Source of the DNA: Vicugna vicugna
Taxonomy: Eukaryota
Direction of reading: 5' to 3'
Length of the DNA: 64,000 nt
Assembly: GCA_013265495.1 (NCBI GenBank)
Contig: MU057416.1
Span: 242,545 to 306,544, forward strand
Each line of letters opens with the position of its first letter. The first letter of the stretch is position 1. Positions 27,169 to 39,927 of this stretch are shown here, one piece after another. The translations under genes and the position numbers were made by a program. The notes beneath the pieces were generated by a model. The model saw only the letters and a list, made by a program, of their open reading frames with translations, was not told the DNA's origin and searched no databases.

Positions 27169-28563
27169 GTTGGTACTTTTAAGAATCTCTTTTTAAAAAT
27201 TTTTCCATCCTAAAATGTGATTCTTCATTCTTGGATTACTTCCTTGATGGCTGTACCTGTCTCCTTTTGAACTCTTTGTTGCACAATTCCATTGGAAATT
27301 CCCATTTTCCATCCAAGCATCCAAGCACTGGCCTCTGAAGTTTTGCATCCGGATCCAACCTCCTCTCCTGTTTGTCCCTCCTCAGCTCCACCCACTGCTC
27401 ACAGATGACCGGCAGCACCCGAGGACCACCTCTGCTAAACACAACAGACACAGCCACGTTCTCCTTCTTTTTCTTCCAAGATAAAAACCAAACTCCTCAG
27501 TCTGATATTCAAGACCCTGAATAATCAGGCCCTCAGATGTCTTTCCATTTTCCTTACGTTTTTATGTTTTGCAGACTTTCCACTCTGGATAAGGAGGTTT
27601 ACTGGCTGAATCTTTAACACACCATTTGTGTTTTTATCACTGAGTCTCAATTTTCTGACATTCCACATATCTCAAGTTCTCTTCCCATGTTGATCCCATT
27701 CTCCTAGAAGGATAAAACTCCTGAAATATGCATCTAAATCTTGTCTTCTTTAAACCCGTGGGACATTTATGGTCCTAAAATTCTGCAGTTGGTGGTGAGC
27801 CTAAGGCTTACTTTGATCTTCCCCCCAGTGCCTGTTACCTGTGCTGGGTGCTCCCCTTAACACTGAGTTAGCAGCGTCTTCCTGGCAGTACATCTCAGTT
27901 TTAGCACCTAACACGTTATCTGACACACGTTACAGCTTATTTAATAAATACCCGCAGAAGCATGTAAATGTATTGCATGCTTTCTTTTTCTCTCCCTCTT
28001 TTCCCTGGTTTCCTACCCCTGTCCATAGAAAGTAGCTTTTTTATTTTTATGTATTTTTTTTTGAAAAAGAAATATTTATTCAGATTTCCAACATGGAATT
28101 CCAGCAGTCTTTTCTTTCATCTAAGTTGCAAGAGCCAGAAAATGGAATGGGCCTGTCGTCAGCAACGGTGGAGCTGTAGTTGGTGGAGAACCATTTGAAG
28201 AGGGAAGAAACCCTTTTGTATTCCATCTGTTCTTCAGCCTGACCCCTTCCTAGGATGGCAGAGCCCTTCTGTGGTCCTTCTGTGGTGTCCTGGCCAACTC
28301 GGTGACGCCTCCGTTCCCTTGATTTACACCAGGAGACACCATGTATGTGGTGAACGGATGTCTAACAGACCTCAAATAGATTTTAGGTTTTTGTGAGTAG
28401 GTTTCAATTTTAGAGCACAGTTAATCATTTTGATTTAATAGAACAGAGGGAAGAAAAGAGAGAGAGGGAGAGACAAAGGCAAAGGCAGAAAGAGGCGCTC
28501 TGAATACTGAGGAAGCGAACAGAACACTTGTGTAGTTGTTGACAGCGGTTTTCCCTTCTCCAG

Positions 28564-28686
28564 GAAGCCTGTGCTCAGTACTGGGAAGAGGGAACCCAAA
28601 CATACGGAGATGTGGAGGTTCAGATGAAAGACACCAACAGATCTGCGGCCTACACCATCCGCGCATTTGAACTGAGACATTCCAAG
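28564..28686 (+). CDS. PTPRC: PTPRC exon ~30, D2
   Basis: ctccag|GAA...AAG|gtacag; 123 nt; [41 protein letters not shown]. Confidence 0.96.
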
Positions 28687-28902
28687 GTACAGAAACGGGT
28701 TCAGGAGGATGTGTACTGGGTGTACTTGACCTGGTAGAAAAAGCTCGTTCGTTGGGAAAACAAAGCAACCATCAACTGAATGTTTTCAGGGTAGATTTTT
28801 TTAAATGACTTAAGTGAAAGTAACTATGAGGAAAATGTGACCATCAAATTATCACATGGGCCGAGCTTGCTCTGAGCGTGTCCCCTTGACCTCCGCTTTC
28901 AG

Positions 28903-29081
28903 AGGAAAGAGCCGCGCACCGTGTACCAGTACCAGTTCAGCAGCTGGACGGCGGAGGGGCTTCCCGCGGAGCCCCAGGAGCTGACCTCTATGATTCAGAA
29001 TCTCAAACAGAAACTCCCCAGGAAGAATTCCACCGACGGGAATAAGTACCACAAGACGGTGCCCCTCCTCGTTCACTGCAG
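28903..29081 (+). CDS. PTPRC: PTPRC exon ~31, D2
   Basis: tttcag|AGG...AG|gtgcgt; 179 nt; [59 protein letters not shown]. Confidence 0.96.
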
Positions 29082-30590
29082 GTGCGTGGGGTTCGGGGAG
29101 CCGCGCCCTAAGCTCCGGGAATCAGCGGTTCCCACCTCCTGCTGGGCTGGGCTCCGCCTGGTGGCCGCAGCGCGCGCCGCCGGGAGCCCCCTGGGGAGTC
29201 CAGCTCCGCCGCGCGCTCCGCAGCGCGGCTTCCGCAGAAACGCGGTAGAAACCAGGACGGTCCGGTGCAATACTGTTAGGCTGCGAGTCCTTAACGCCAG
29301 TGTCGCGCCATCCCTGGCTCCCCCGTGCCTAACGCTGAACCTGGGATGTCACGTCCTCGGCAAACGAATGAATGAACAGAAGGATTCATGGGCAGATAGA
29401 TGGAGGGACGTTACGTTTTACTGCCGCTTCAGTGCGCTGAGTCACTCCTTTAGGTGTCAGCCGGCTCCAGAGGACTGAGTGCTTTGCCTCCAGTGAACAG
29501 CTCTCGTCATGTCTTAACTGAAACCTCAGTGTTTAGCAACGTCGATTTGAAACCCATCACCTGACTTTCTAGGCTGACCCCAAAGGCAAAGATTTGCATA
29601 ATAATACTTGAGTTTATGAATTTCTGTTATGCAGACCCATAATGTTTGTCTGTGGCAGATACCTACGTAACCATCTCAAATGAGAAATACTGAAAGTAGG
29701 ATGTGTGTTTACATAAAAATGTTAAGATAATGGAGACATGAAAAACAGCAAAAATGGGAATCGTAAATCTAGTGACATGCTTTTAGAATTTTTGAGAAAG
29801 CTTGATAATAATTATTAGAATTGCATATACTACAATCAAGCCCTTAGATGTAGACTACTTTTGGGCATTTATTTTCAAAGGTAAAATTTACATGGAAAGA
29901 ACGTGGAAGAAGGGAGATTTAGGCTTTAAAACTATATGTGCTTCTTAAGGTATGGTTGAATACCTACTATCTGTTCTGAGTGAGGTTATGAGTGAGGTTA
30001 AATGAAGCTCTACTGATAACATATTCTTTAAATTGAATTTTTAAAATAATGTAACACACCTTTCACAATTTGGAAAATGATTTGGTTGCCCTCTTTTTAA
30101 TGAATAATTCCACTAGGCATCATTTTTCTATTGGTATGGAGGTCTAAACGTTTGTAAAAAGCATTTGCGAGGCAGGAGAGAGGAGAAAAAGCATGTGGTC
30201 TAGAAATTTACGAAAGATCAGGTCCAACATTTCTGGTTCCATCAGTTCCTGGGTATGGCTTTCTCTCCCCTAAATCTCAGTGTCTCATCCATCAAAGTGG
30301 CATTATGTTATTTGTTGTAACAACTTTGGATGTAAATAAAAATGCATTCTCATTCATAGAGTACTAAATAGAAGAAAGTATATTTTTAAAGCCTGAGATA
30401 AACATTTTTTAAACTATAGGTCTGTTATATTCGCAAGTTGGAAAAGTTTGTACAAAAAATGCACTTAGCAGAAGTATTTTACTCCTAAGAGACTAGAATA
30501 AAATAATTACAATAAACCTGCAGTGAAGAACATATTTATGTTTCTCTCTTCCAATTTTATTCCAGTATCACCTTCTCCATAAAATGTAGA

Positions 30591-30626
<36 letters not shown>
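30591..30626. repeat. (ATT)12 microsatellite just upstream of the exon ~32 acceptor
   Basis: Read directly. Confidence 0.95.
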
Positions 30627-30629
<3 letters not shown>

Positions 30630-30646
30630 TTTTCTTCCTTTTATAG

Positions 30647-30782
30647 AGATGGAGCTCAGCACACAGGAGTATTTTGTGCTTTGTTTAACCTCTTGGAAAG
30701 TGCAGAAACAGAAGACGTGATAGATGTTTTTCAAGTCGTAAAATCTCTACGCAAAGCTAGACCAGGAATGGTTCCCACATTT
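30647..30782 (+). CDS. PTPRC: PTPRC exon ~32, D2 degenerate signature motif
   Basis: ttatag|A...TTT|gtaagt; 136 nt; (R)[45 protein letters not shown]. Confidence 0.96.
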
Positions 30783-30824
30783 GTAAGTATACGCCACCAC
30801 TGGTGTTTAACATGCTTTGCAATT

Positions 30825-30938
30825 TTTCATGGGAGGGGAAGGGAATTAGGCTTATTTTTTTATTTCAATGGAGGTACAGGGGATTGAACCCCGGACCTCG
30901 TGCCTGGTAGACATGCACTCTACCACTGAGATACACCC
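30825..30938 (-). mobile_element. tRNA-derived SINE, Vic-1-like
   Basis: aattaggcttatt..aatggaggtacaggggattgaaccccggacctcgtgc..ctctaccactgagatacaccc. Confidence 0.88.
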
Positions 30939-31306
30939 AATTTCCTCTCCTCTCCTTCCCTCTCTTCCTCCCCTCTGGTCCTCTCCTTTCATTCTCTTCT
31001 ATTCACTTTTCTAGTCTTATTTTTTAAATTCCATTTTTACATCATAACTCACTTTGAATTGTTATCAGCGTAAATAAGAAAACTAATTGGATTTTGCCAG
31101 CAATTTGTGGTGGCAGTTCTGGAAGAATATTTCTTTAAATGCTCATTAATTTCCTAATTTCCCCAACCTTTAATCTTGTATCAAATTGTGTTGACATGTA
31201 GCAGAACATCCCAAGAGGCCAATCTGGTGAAGCTGCAAAGGAGATTCTGAAGAGTATTCTATAGTCAAACCTTTAGATGCCTAAGGAGATTTAAAAGGTC
31301 CTTTGT

Positions 31307-31444
31307 GGGGAAGGTGTAGCTTGGTGGTAGAGCATGTGCTTAGCATGCAGAAGGTCCTAGGTTCAATCCCCAGCACCTCCATTTAAAGATAAATAAATAA
31401 ACCTAATTATCTCCTCCACCCCTCCCCCCCAAAAAACCCCAAAA
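31307..31444 (+). mobile_element. tRNA-derived SINE, Vic-1-like (sense)
   Basis: ggggaaggtgtagcttggtggtagagc (A box)..ggttcaatccccagcacctcc (B box)..aaataaataaacctaatta, A-rich tail. Confidence 0.9.
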
Positions 31445-31570
31445 TGTTCTTTTTATGAAAACACACATTTATTCCACAAATAAATGATTAAGTCTTGGTA
31501 ACTTTCATTTGATGTAAAAATAATTCCACAAACCTCTTTTACATGATTTCTCCCTTCTTTCCTGTATTAG

Positions 31571-31846
31571 GAGCAGTACCAATTCCTGTATGATGTCATT
31601 GCGAGCACCTACCCGGCCCAGAATGGACAAGTAAGGAAAAGCCACCACCAGGAAGATACAATTGAATTTGATAATGAGGTGGACAAAGCAAACCAGGATG
31701 CTAATTGTGTGAGTCCACCGGGCCCCCTGGGCGAAGCCCCTGAAGGCAACAAAGAGGATGGAGGCTCCAAACCAGCAAGTGGCTCTGAAGGGCCAGAACA
31801 TTCCGCCAATGGTCCTGCGAATCCAGTTTTAACTCAAAGTGCATAG
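31571..31846 (+). CDS. PTPRC: PTPRC last exon (~33), coding part to the TAG stop
   Basis: tattag|GAG CAG TAC...GCA TAG; 92 codons including stop; [23 protein letters not shown]...[12 protein letters not shown]. Confidence 0.96.
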   Translation, partial: EQYQFLYDVIASTYPAQNGQVRKSHHQEDTIEFDNEVDKANQDANCVSPPGPLGEAPEGNKEDGGSKPASGSEGPEHSANGPANPVLTQSA

Positions 31847-32097
31847 GAAGAGGCATGCAGGGGGCAACTCACAACCCCATATGAAGTATGATTTCTATTT
31901 TTCTTGAAGTAGTGAGGCAAAACTGGTACACAGTGGATTCATGACATTCAAGGACCAACATTGGTGGGAAGTTTCTATTTTACAGCTGTAGAAAAATATT
32001 TAAGACAGTTTGGCTGAAGTATTTTGTACAATCTTGTGCTTATTTTAAAGTTTTTTCCATCATTCAGCCAAAAAATCACCTCTTTGTAGTCTTTGTA

Positions 32098-32138
32098 TGT
32101 GTGTGTGCGTGTGTGTGTGAAAGAGAGAGAGAGAGAGA
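32098..32138. repeat. (TG)n(GA)n microsatellite in the 3' UTR
   Basis: Read directly. Confidence 0.9.
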
Positions 32139-32892
32139 AAGATTTTGGGTAAATCTACATGCTGTTGAGAAACTTTGCCTTTTTGGTTTCTTTTCTTTTT
32201 TTTTTTGAAGAAAAAATGGAAATGTTAGCTTAAATGTCTATTTTTTAAAAATCACGTCACGTGTGGCCTCTTTGTAAGAATAGCATGTACGTTTCTAGAA
32301 TGACCTCAAGATGGCCTCCTTGTTCTACCTAAATATCTCAGAGCTTCCTGTGTTACTTCTAGAAATAGACGTAAGTGTAGTGTGTGTGTATAGTTACTAC
32401 AAGAAAGTTAACTAAATTAAAATTTGGAAACCTTAGGTTCCATATGTTAGCATTTGGTTCAGTATCTTTTCAAGTTTATTTAATCTAATTTAAAATTTTC
32501 AGGCAGGCCTATCTTGTTGTCCTCATGTGGTGGTTACACCTTTGCAACACGGATTAGTCTGTATAATATGTAAAAGTCACTGCTGCATAATTTTGACCCC
32601 AAATTATAGGTTTGTTGCAATTGAACTTAAATATCTTTAAACAAATGCATTTTCTATTAAATCCAGAGGTTAAAAACCTCTGAGTCATGAAAATGTATTT
32701 GTGCTAAATATTTACATGCCAGGCCTAATATAGCTATTTTTTTATGGACTAAGACGTCGATATGAGACATAGAACATTGAATATGCTTATTTTTCATCGT
32801 ATAATTTGTCTTTGACTTTCATTAAAGTGCGTTTATCTTGAATTTCTCAAATGCTTAGACTGTTTTTACCAGGAATTGATGTCAATAATTAC

Positions 32893-32898
32893 AATAAA
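32893..32898 (+). terminator. Polyadenylation signal AATAAA (proximal candidate)
   Basis: Canonical hexamer ~1.05 kb after the stop, followed by T-rich sequence. Confidence 0.65.
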
Positions 32899-33103
32899 AT
32901 TCAATTATTATCTCTTTTTGTACATAATATTTTAGGCGTGATAAACATTCACACATGGATTTTGGAAGCATGTATTGAAATATAGGCGCATGCAGTTAAC
33001 ATTTGTGGAGCAGCTCTGCAGGTCTCATTTTTTTTTTTAAAGATCTATAGTTTAATTTTGAATCTAGAAAAAACTTCAAGAAAAATGGTCATTTTCAAAG
33101 GGT

Positions 33104-33109
33104 AATAAA
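33104..33109 (+). terminator. Polyadenylation signal AATAAA (distal candidate)
   Basis: Second canonical hexamer 211 nt downstream of the first. Confidence 0.55.
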
Positions 33110-34984
33110 CAAAACTTCCTTTACTGAATTCTGCATCAGCCTGTTCCCTTAACCACACGCTGCCTTTAAGGGGGTTCGCTTTCTGTGTCTTCACTCTCCT
33201 GCCTGATTCTAAATCTCTCAACTATTGTCATCAGTTGCTGCCTGATCAGCTCCCATTTGCCTTGTGATCATCCTTCTGATTCTTTTATTCCTATACACAC
33301 AAAATTAGCTATCAGTCCTCACAGTGTTGTACAGCACCTTGCCATTAACAAAGACAAGAAGGGAGTTTTAGAATGAAGCAATAGTTTCTAATTTACCTTG
33401 TTTACTTTTGTCTCTTTACTTACTAATGAAAAAAGGGGATTGTGAACCATCCGCTATCAGCTCTGGCAAGAAAGGAAACTTGCTTTTACCCCCCTCACTG
33501 GCCGTGCAAACCCCAGTGCCTGAAGGCTGATGAGTTCCCACTGGAGGATGTGGCTGAAGTTTACAGTCCTCATGTTCAGTAGACTAATGTCGTGTGTGTC
33601 TGTTTCTTCCGCGAGCCGCTTTCAAAGCACAAACGGCACACAGTCTCAGTTCTAAATTATCCACAAGTGAAGTTTTAGTATAGAGGCCTTAGCTGCCAGT
33701 GACACCTTCCAAAGGTAGATGTGGGTTTTAGATGTGTGTTTTCCCATTTGACTCTATCCTTTCAAGAAGACACAAAATGAATACTTAGATAACAGAGCAA
33801 TGGGAATTTCTATTAGTTTACCAGAAGCAAGCTAGGCACATTTTTTTCCCCTTGTGTGTGTGAGAAGTTGTGGTAACAGGAGGGGCAGCACGGTGGGCAG
33901 TCAGAGGCTCCATTACTCCGTGAGAACACGTATCGCTCAGAAGTCGGGGCCCGTCCCACTGGAGCAGGGACTCATGTCTATGATTTTTATCTTAAAAAGG
34001 GAAAGAATACATGAAGCACAGACCCATGTCTATGACCGGGGTGGCTTTCCTGGGGAATCTGTGATGAGACATTAAAAATTCCTCCTTTTTGGCACCGCCA
34101 TTAGTAATTCCAGGACCTAGTCAGAAAAATTAAGCAAAAAGTTCCAACTTAATAAAGCCTGGTCCATTTTAGGGGCAAGGCTTGGATCCTATTGTATATT
34201 ATTAGACAGAAAGAGACTGTGTCACGTTCGATTTAAAGTTTGCTTATTTCTGGTGCTAAAATTCACTGGGAATAAAAGATACACTTAGCACTCTAAAAAT
34301 TCAGCTTCCAAGCCATTCATTGTTTTTACATATGACAAATGCATATTTGCAGAAGAGAAATAAACATTTTAATCTCTCTGTAATGCTAAGCCTGTATGAA
34401 GTGATTAGCTGAGTGTCTTCGCCGTGATTGTTTTTAAAGTGTAAGTGTCTCCTCAGAATGCAATGCTTGCGCAGTGAAATTTCCATCTCTTTTTGGTGTT
34501 TTCCTGCTAAAACACTGAATGTGAAGTTTATTATTTCTTATAACTAAGACTGGTCTTAATTTTTAATTTACACTGGAGATTAGTTAGCAGATGTTCTCAT
34601 AGCACTATATTAGGCCCAAGGAAGTAGATGCAAACTGTCCTGGCTAATCGCAGAGTGTTTCTTGATGTGAAGACTTTCAGATGCTCAACTTGCAAGGAAA
34701 GGAATATCTCTTAGAATGAGTAGGAGGGGCTAGGACTCATTTTCTTATGCAGATTTCACAGCTGGAATGACCTGAAGGTTCTTCAAAGGGACACATTCAA
34801 AATTAGCATTTTTTTCATTCCCTGTTTTGGGTGAAAAGATTTATTCTGCAAAAGGTCCATTTTCTGTCATTATTCTTTTGTAAACCCCTTTATACTTCTC
34901 TTTACACTTTCCCAGTTCAATACTAACCCAATCAAAGGGTATGCATCTTATATCATTTCTTAATAAATAAAAAAATTATTATTA

Positions 34985-35201
34985 TTATTACTACTAACAT
35001 TTATTGAGGCACAGTTCTTGCCAGCCATTTGATTCATTGTTTTAGCTGTATTTGTTTCTCAAGACAAATTCTCCAAAGCACATCCTCTTAATATTTCTAT
35101 TTTACTGATGAGAATGTGAAGCTTAGAAAAGTTTGGTACCTGGACTGTTACAACACATCTGGTCAGCGACAGACTCAGGATCTGAACCAGCTCTTACTGA
35201 C
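34985..35201 (-). mobile_element. MIR SINE
   Basis: ctaacatttattgag..attttactgatgagaatgtgaagcttaga..caggatctgaacc matches reverse MIR. Confidence 0.75.
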
Positions 35202-38200
35202 ACTAACGTCTGTGTTTATAAGCTCCTGATCTTCTGCCGTCCCCAGTATCAACTTTGTTCACATATTTTGGAAAATTAGTGGGAAAAAAGCAGTCTGAAT
35301 TTCTTTTATGTCTTTTCTCAATCCTGTGATTAGAACAAAAACAAAAATAAAACCACGTGTAACATATGCTCTCAACAACCCTGTATGGTCTAGTTAGCTG
35401 AGCTGAACTCACTCACAAGATTGAAGTGATTACACAAAAATAAACACGCTCTTCAACACCTACGGGAAAGGGCTGTTCTCAGAATGCATGTAAACAAAGA
35501 TCACTTCATTCCCAAAGTGAGAGCCAGGAAGTAAAACCCAGCGATAAGTCACACGTCATTGTTCCATTGTCTCTCAATTTGGTAATCAGAACAAGTTCTT
35601 ACTGTTAAGATCACATTTCAGGGCGTTTGCCAAAGAACCCATCAATCAGCATTTGAAGCAAGTTAACAGGGTGCATAAAATGGAAACCATGGCTCGGAGA
35701 GTATGACTCACTCCTTCTCTGGCGAGTGAGCCCAAGGGCACTTGGTTTCTCTGATCTAGCTGTCCCCCAATGTAGGATGCCAGGGACCTGGACACGGATT
35801 GCCTATGGAAAACGACACGTGCATTTTCCTCTAGAAAAACAGGGCTTTCTTGATTCACGTGCATAATAGTAAAAGTGGGACCTCTGCTGCACTGTATTTA
35901 ATTTTCCAGGAAAGGAGAACGTGTGGGGCTCAGTCTCTTTCAGGTATGACGGGCGAATCCTGCCGTTAGGGGCTGGTGACCTTTCAAAGACTGAAAATAT
36001 TGTCTTGAATTTTTACGGCTTGTGTAATCTTGGCTGTGAGATGGGGAGAGGATGTGGCACCAGGGAGGGAAACACTGCCCACTGTCATCACACTGGATGA
36101 AAGACGGTAAGCAGTTGGGCTGCCCTCAGCACCTGTCCCTCAGCCGCTAACCCAGGACCCACATAGGGTTTCCTCACCACGTTCCAAGGTAGCTTCATAC
36201 CAAGAATTTTTACTGGTGACCCACAGTCCAGGTTTGTCATTAATTCAGACTAGGTTATCCCTCATGAATTACAATTCATGCCTTTTGTCATGCAAGTTAG
36301 AAAACAGAAAGGGATGAAATAGATGATTACCTTTCTAGGAAATTGACATGGAGTCAATCCCTCTATAACGGAGGTTCCATTTATCTTTAATTATCTGCCT
36401 TCACTGCACTGACAGCTTAACCTAAACAGGGATGGAAAACACAGGATATGCAGAAGATTTAAAATTGCAAGTTTGGATATTTTCATCGTAATTAACAGAA
36501 ATTAAAAAAAAAACAAAAACCGAAACTTGCTCACTGGCCAGCTGGTTCTGCTAAAATGAAACTTCCTCATTGGTATCTGGTGCCTGCTTTGAGTTACTCT
36601 GAATTGACTCTGTGGATAAACCTCTCATCGTTTCTCAACATGGTGGTGGGTCTTCGTGGACATGAGCAAAGAACAGTGAGCTAGCTGTTTAAGGTAACAC
36701 TCTGTGGGACATGTCAGCAATGGTTATTTGCACATCATCTTCTAAAAACGTGTGTTTTTCCCCCTACCCTGTTCTTTCCCAGGGTAGTTTCTCTGATTAG
36801 GTTACAGGTCTTTAAGGAGCCATCAGACCTTTGTCTTAGAAGCTGCATCTGGACGTGGCTCCCGCACTGTCTTGGAATGTCTGGTAACCATAAAAAACGC
36901 TGCATCCTTCTTGGATGACAGAGGAGTACCACAAAGGATCACACTTAGTTCAACATACAAGAGGGGTTTCTTTCCGATAGCTAGAGTCATGCGAATTCCA
37001 CGAGAAATGCTTATCAGTGACTCAAATGCAGTGAACTTTCGTCTGGATTTTTCAGCGTCTGTGCCAGGGTGTGGGTTTCCCCTAACATAGTCTAATGCTT
37101 CTCATCTGCGCTCACAGTCAGGTTTCGTTTTATAAAGTGACTTCTTAAATGAAACAAGTTATTTCTGTAAGCAGACATGCTTTGGCAGTTTTCTCTTTGT
37201 TTAAAGTAGCATTAAATCATGGAGGTCAAATTTCTCTTTGATGAGAGCCAGTGGTAAATAAACTCTATTTGTTCTTGCAGGAGGTAGCAAAATATTTATT
37301 CACAATTTAAATGCAGGAAGTTAAAAAAGGTCAAAATCAGTCAAGTCAATGAATGACAAATTCAGTCAAATTACTAAAATCTACTGTTTCTCGCTGCAGA
37401 CTTTTACTAGTAGGTTTCAATTCAATGCCCTGTAGTCATTAGAGAACATGTGAATTTCAGAAATAAAGCCAACTTTATATTTATACAGTGTTCAAGGAAG
37501 AGTTGACTTTATTTAGGGTTGCAAGACGACACAATTTGTAGGCAACTCATAAGTCTGTGGAGATTTACATGTAAGTTATTTTTCTGGGAATATTATCTGA
37601 GGTTTGTGTTCTATGATTTTATGCAGCAGGTGAAGTTGTTACAAGTGCAAGATATGCTTTGATGTGAATTTTCACAAAAGAAAACAAAAAAGAGAAGAAA
37701 AGAGCGGGGTGTGGTTGGGAGTCCGGTTACCCCGTGGGGAGCTCTGCTCCTCCTCCGTCCCGACCCTCTTCTTTCTGTGCCCCCAGTTCAGACACGGGGA
37801 CAACAGCATCAGCAGTTCTTGTCACCAGCCTGGCCCAGAAGTACCCTGCCCTACGGACAGTTCATCTGAATGAGTCAGATTCCTCCTCTCCCTGCTCCCA
37901 CTTCCCCTCCTGGAGCTTCTCTGCTTGGAGCCACTATTATTTAAAAAAACCCAGAAAACAAGAAACTTACCTATTAGTATCATTAGATGCACCCAGACTC
38001 GGTTCAGGACCACAGTGTGGTGGATGGACTATTTCCTTTACTATCTTCCTCGCTGCTCTTCCCAGCTCAGGCCATCTCCTTGGGCTGATCATTTCATCAA
38101 AAGTCACTGACCCATTTACTTCAAACGAACAAAAATAGAAGCCACTCACCTAAATTTTTCTTACCCGTTTAAGCATGTATTTCTACCCTTACCACCTTCA

Positions 38201-38379
38201 CTTTCCCACTCCTCTTTCAGAAGAGGTTTCCCCTCCTCTTCACTAAACTCTTCATCTGTGGTCTTTGTGTTTTGTAGAATAAGTCTTGTTCCGTAAAACT
38301 GATACGTTCATTATAGAAAAGCAAGCAATACAGAAAACACCAATGAAAAGTTAAAAAGCCATCCCGAATCCAGTGGAAA

Positions 38380-38930
38380 ATTGGCTGAAGAAGAAAAGAG
38401 AGCTCACAGCACAAGAGCTACGAAAGGCCTAAACACAGGGCAGCTCAGTCTCACACAAATGAGGGAGGTGCAAATGAACAGGACATTGACACGATCTTTC
38501 TTAGTGGGAGACACGCAGAGCGGTGGGGAGCGAGCCCATCCTGATCCCCCCAGCACTAAAGAAACAGCCCCAGAGCGGGCAGCGTCCCAGCAGCCATCAA
38601 ACTCACAGACGGATTTCCACTTCTACCCAGAGACCCCACGTCTCCAGATTTGTCTCCAAGAAATAGCTCTGTAGCTACAAAATGTCACGTGTGTAAATTA
38701 TAATATCTTTCTCTAAATCAGGACTAATCACTAGAAACAACCCAGTGGCCATCTGTAAGCTTCCGGAATAAGCTAAGGTTCTCCCTTTCAATGGAATGGA
38801 GCTTCTGTTGGAATTCAACTGTGAACTTACCAGCTGGGGTCGGAGCGGGATGGAGACATGGGTTGGACTTGTACATCTTAGCATACTGTCTGAATTTTAA
38901 ACTGTGAATCTACTACTATCTGAAAAACAA
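38380..38930 (+). mobile_element. Ancient L1 3' region (decayed)
   Basis: Resembles L1 ORF2-end/3' UTR words (gagggaggtgcaaatgaa, atttccacttc..cccagaga, aaacaacccagtggccatc). Confidence 0.5.
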
Positions 38931-39927
38931 TGAAAATTTTTAAAGTTCCCGAATGTACTTTCAGATATAAACATCACTGTGTTTTGGTGACTATCTGTAG
39001 AAGTTCCCAAGAGAGGAAAGGAGGGAAGGAGGGACAGAGGGAGGATAAAAGGCCAGAATAAATAAGAATTTTTTTATTAGGAAAAACACAGAAAAAATTA
39101 GAATAACATAAAAATTTGAAAATCATAATTGGATTAAAAAATTTTAATGGATTATATTTAATCCAGTTGAATTTATTATAGCAAAAGGAATTTCAATGAG
39201 TTGAAAAACATTTTCACCTATAGTTAAATTATCTTTTTTTTAATACCTGTATTAAATTTAAATGACTTCACGTTGAACTTAAGGCAAACAGGGATCATAA
39301 AAACTTCAAAATGTTTTAACTTCACTTACTGTTCTTTGTCTTCCTGCAATTAAAGACAATGAATTGTCATATCCACACCTCCTTCAACCTTATCTTACTC
39401 TACCCCTTGATGTGTTTCTTATTTCTTTTGCTAATTTCACAATGTCAAGCTGACAAGCACTGCATTAAACCTGCACTCAAATTGAATCGGGGTCTAGAGT
39501 CCTTTCCAAGGGCTTCGCCGCGCCTGAATTTCTTATTTTGATTAATCTCTGACTGATTTAATCTCATTGTGAAGTGGGCCTTACCAGGTATTCTTTACAA
39601 TGCTGTTTCCCTCTGATCTGATACTGCAGAACGTCCAAAATTGACTTTCTACTAGAAAGAGAGCATGCAGGACGTATAAAATTTGGGAGTCACATTTTTT
39701 GGTTCCAGAAACTTTTATAGACTTTGTTTCACTGAATTCTGTCATTGATTGTTGCTGTGGAATGTTGGAGTCAAGCCAAATCTTTTTTATCTTTTAATCA
39801 TCCGCTTGTGTTTTCTTCTTGGATAATTTCATGATTCTTTCTTGAGCTTTGAAATTCAAAAACTCCTCCCACTTTATCTTGGTATTGACTTTCCCTATGA
39901 AGTCTTCCTGGGACACAGTGCGTACCA

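Larger units (their letters stand above)
31847..33130 (+). other. PTPRC: PTPRC 3' UTR (end approximate)
   Basis: AU-rich sequence after the stop codon, with a TG/GA microsatellite and AATAAA hexamers at 32893 and 33104. Confidence 0.75.

Noticed and set aside
28687..28902. Intron ~30 is 216 nt (a multiple of 3)
   Set aside because: Contains an in-frame TAG after 16 codons, so retention would truncate the protein
28921..29478. 185-aa ORF extending exon ~31 about 130 codons into the intron (alternative C-terminus?)
   Set aside because: A GT donor lies at 29082 and exon ~32 continues the frame. The read-through is low-complexity Ala/Pro/Arg sequence explained by stop-poor GC-rich DNA, and I saw no AATAAA close behind the stop.
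28903..30680. D2 lacks WPD and has [10 protein letters not shown] instead of [10 protein letters not shown] (pseudogenisation?)
   Set aside because: Normal for the catalytically inactive CD45 D2 domain; the whole spliced frame is intact
31307..31380. tRNA-like sequence with A and B boxes
   Set aside because: Followed by the SINE body and A-rich tail and present as six diverged copies; it is a SINE head, not a tRNA gene
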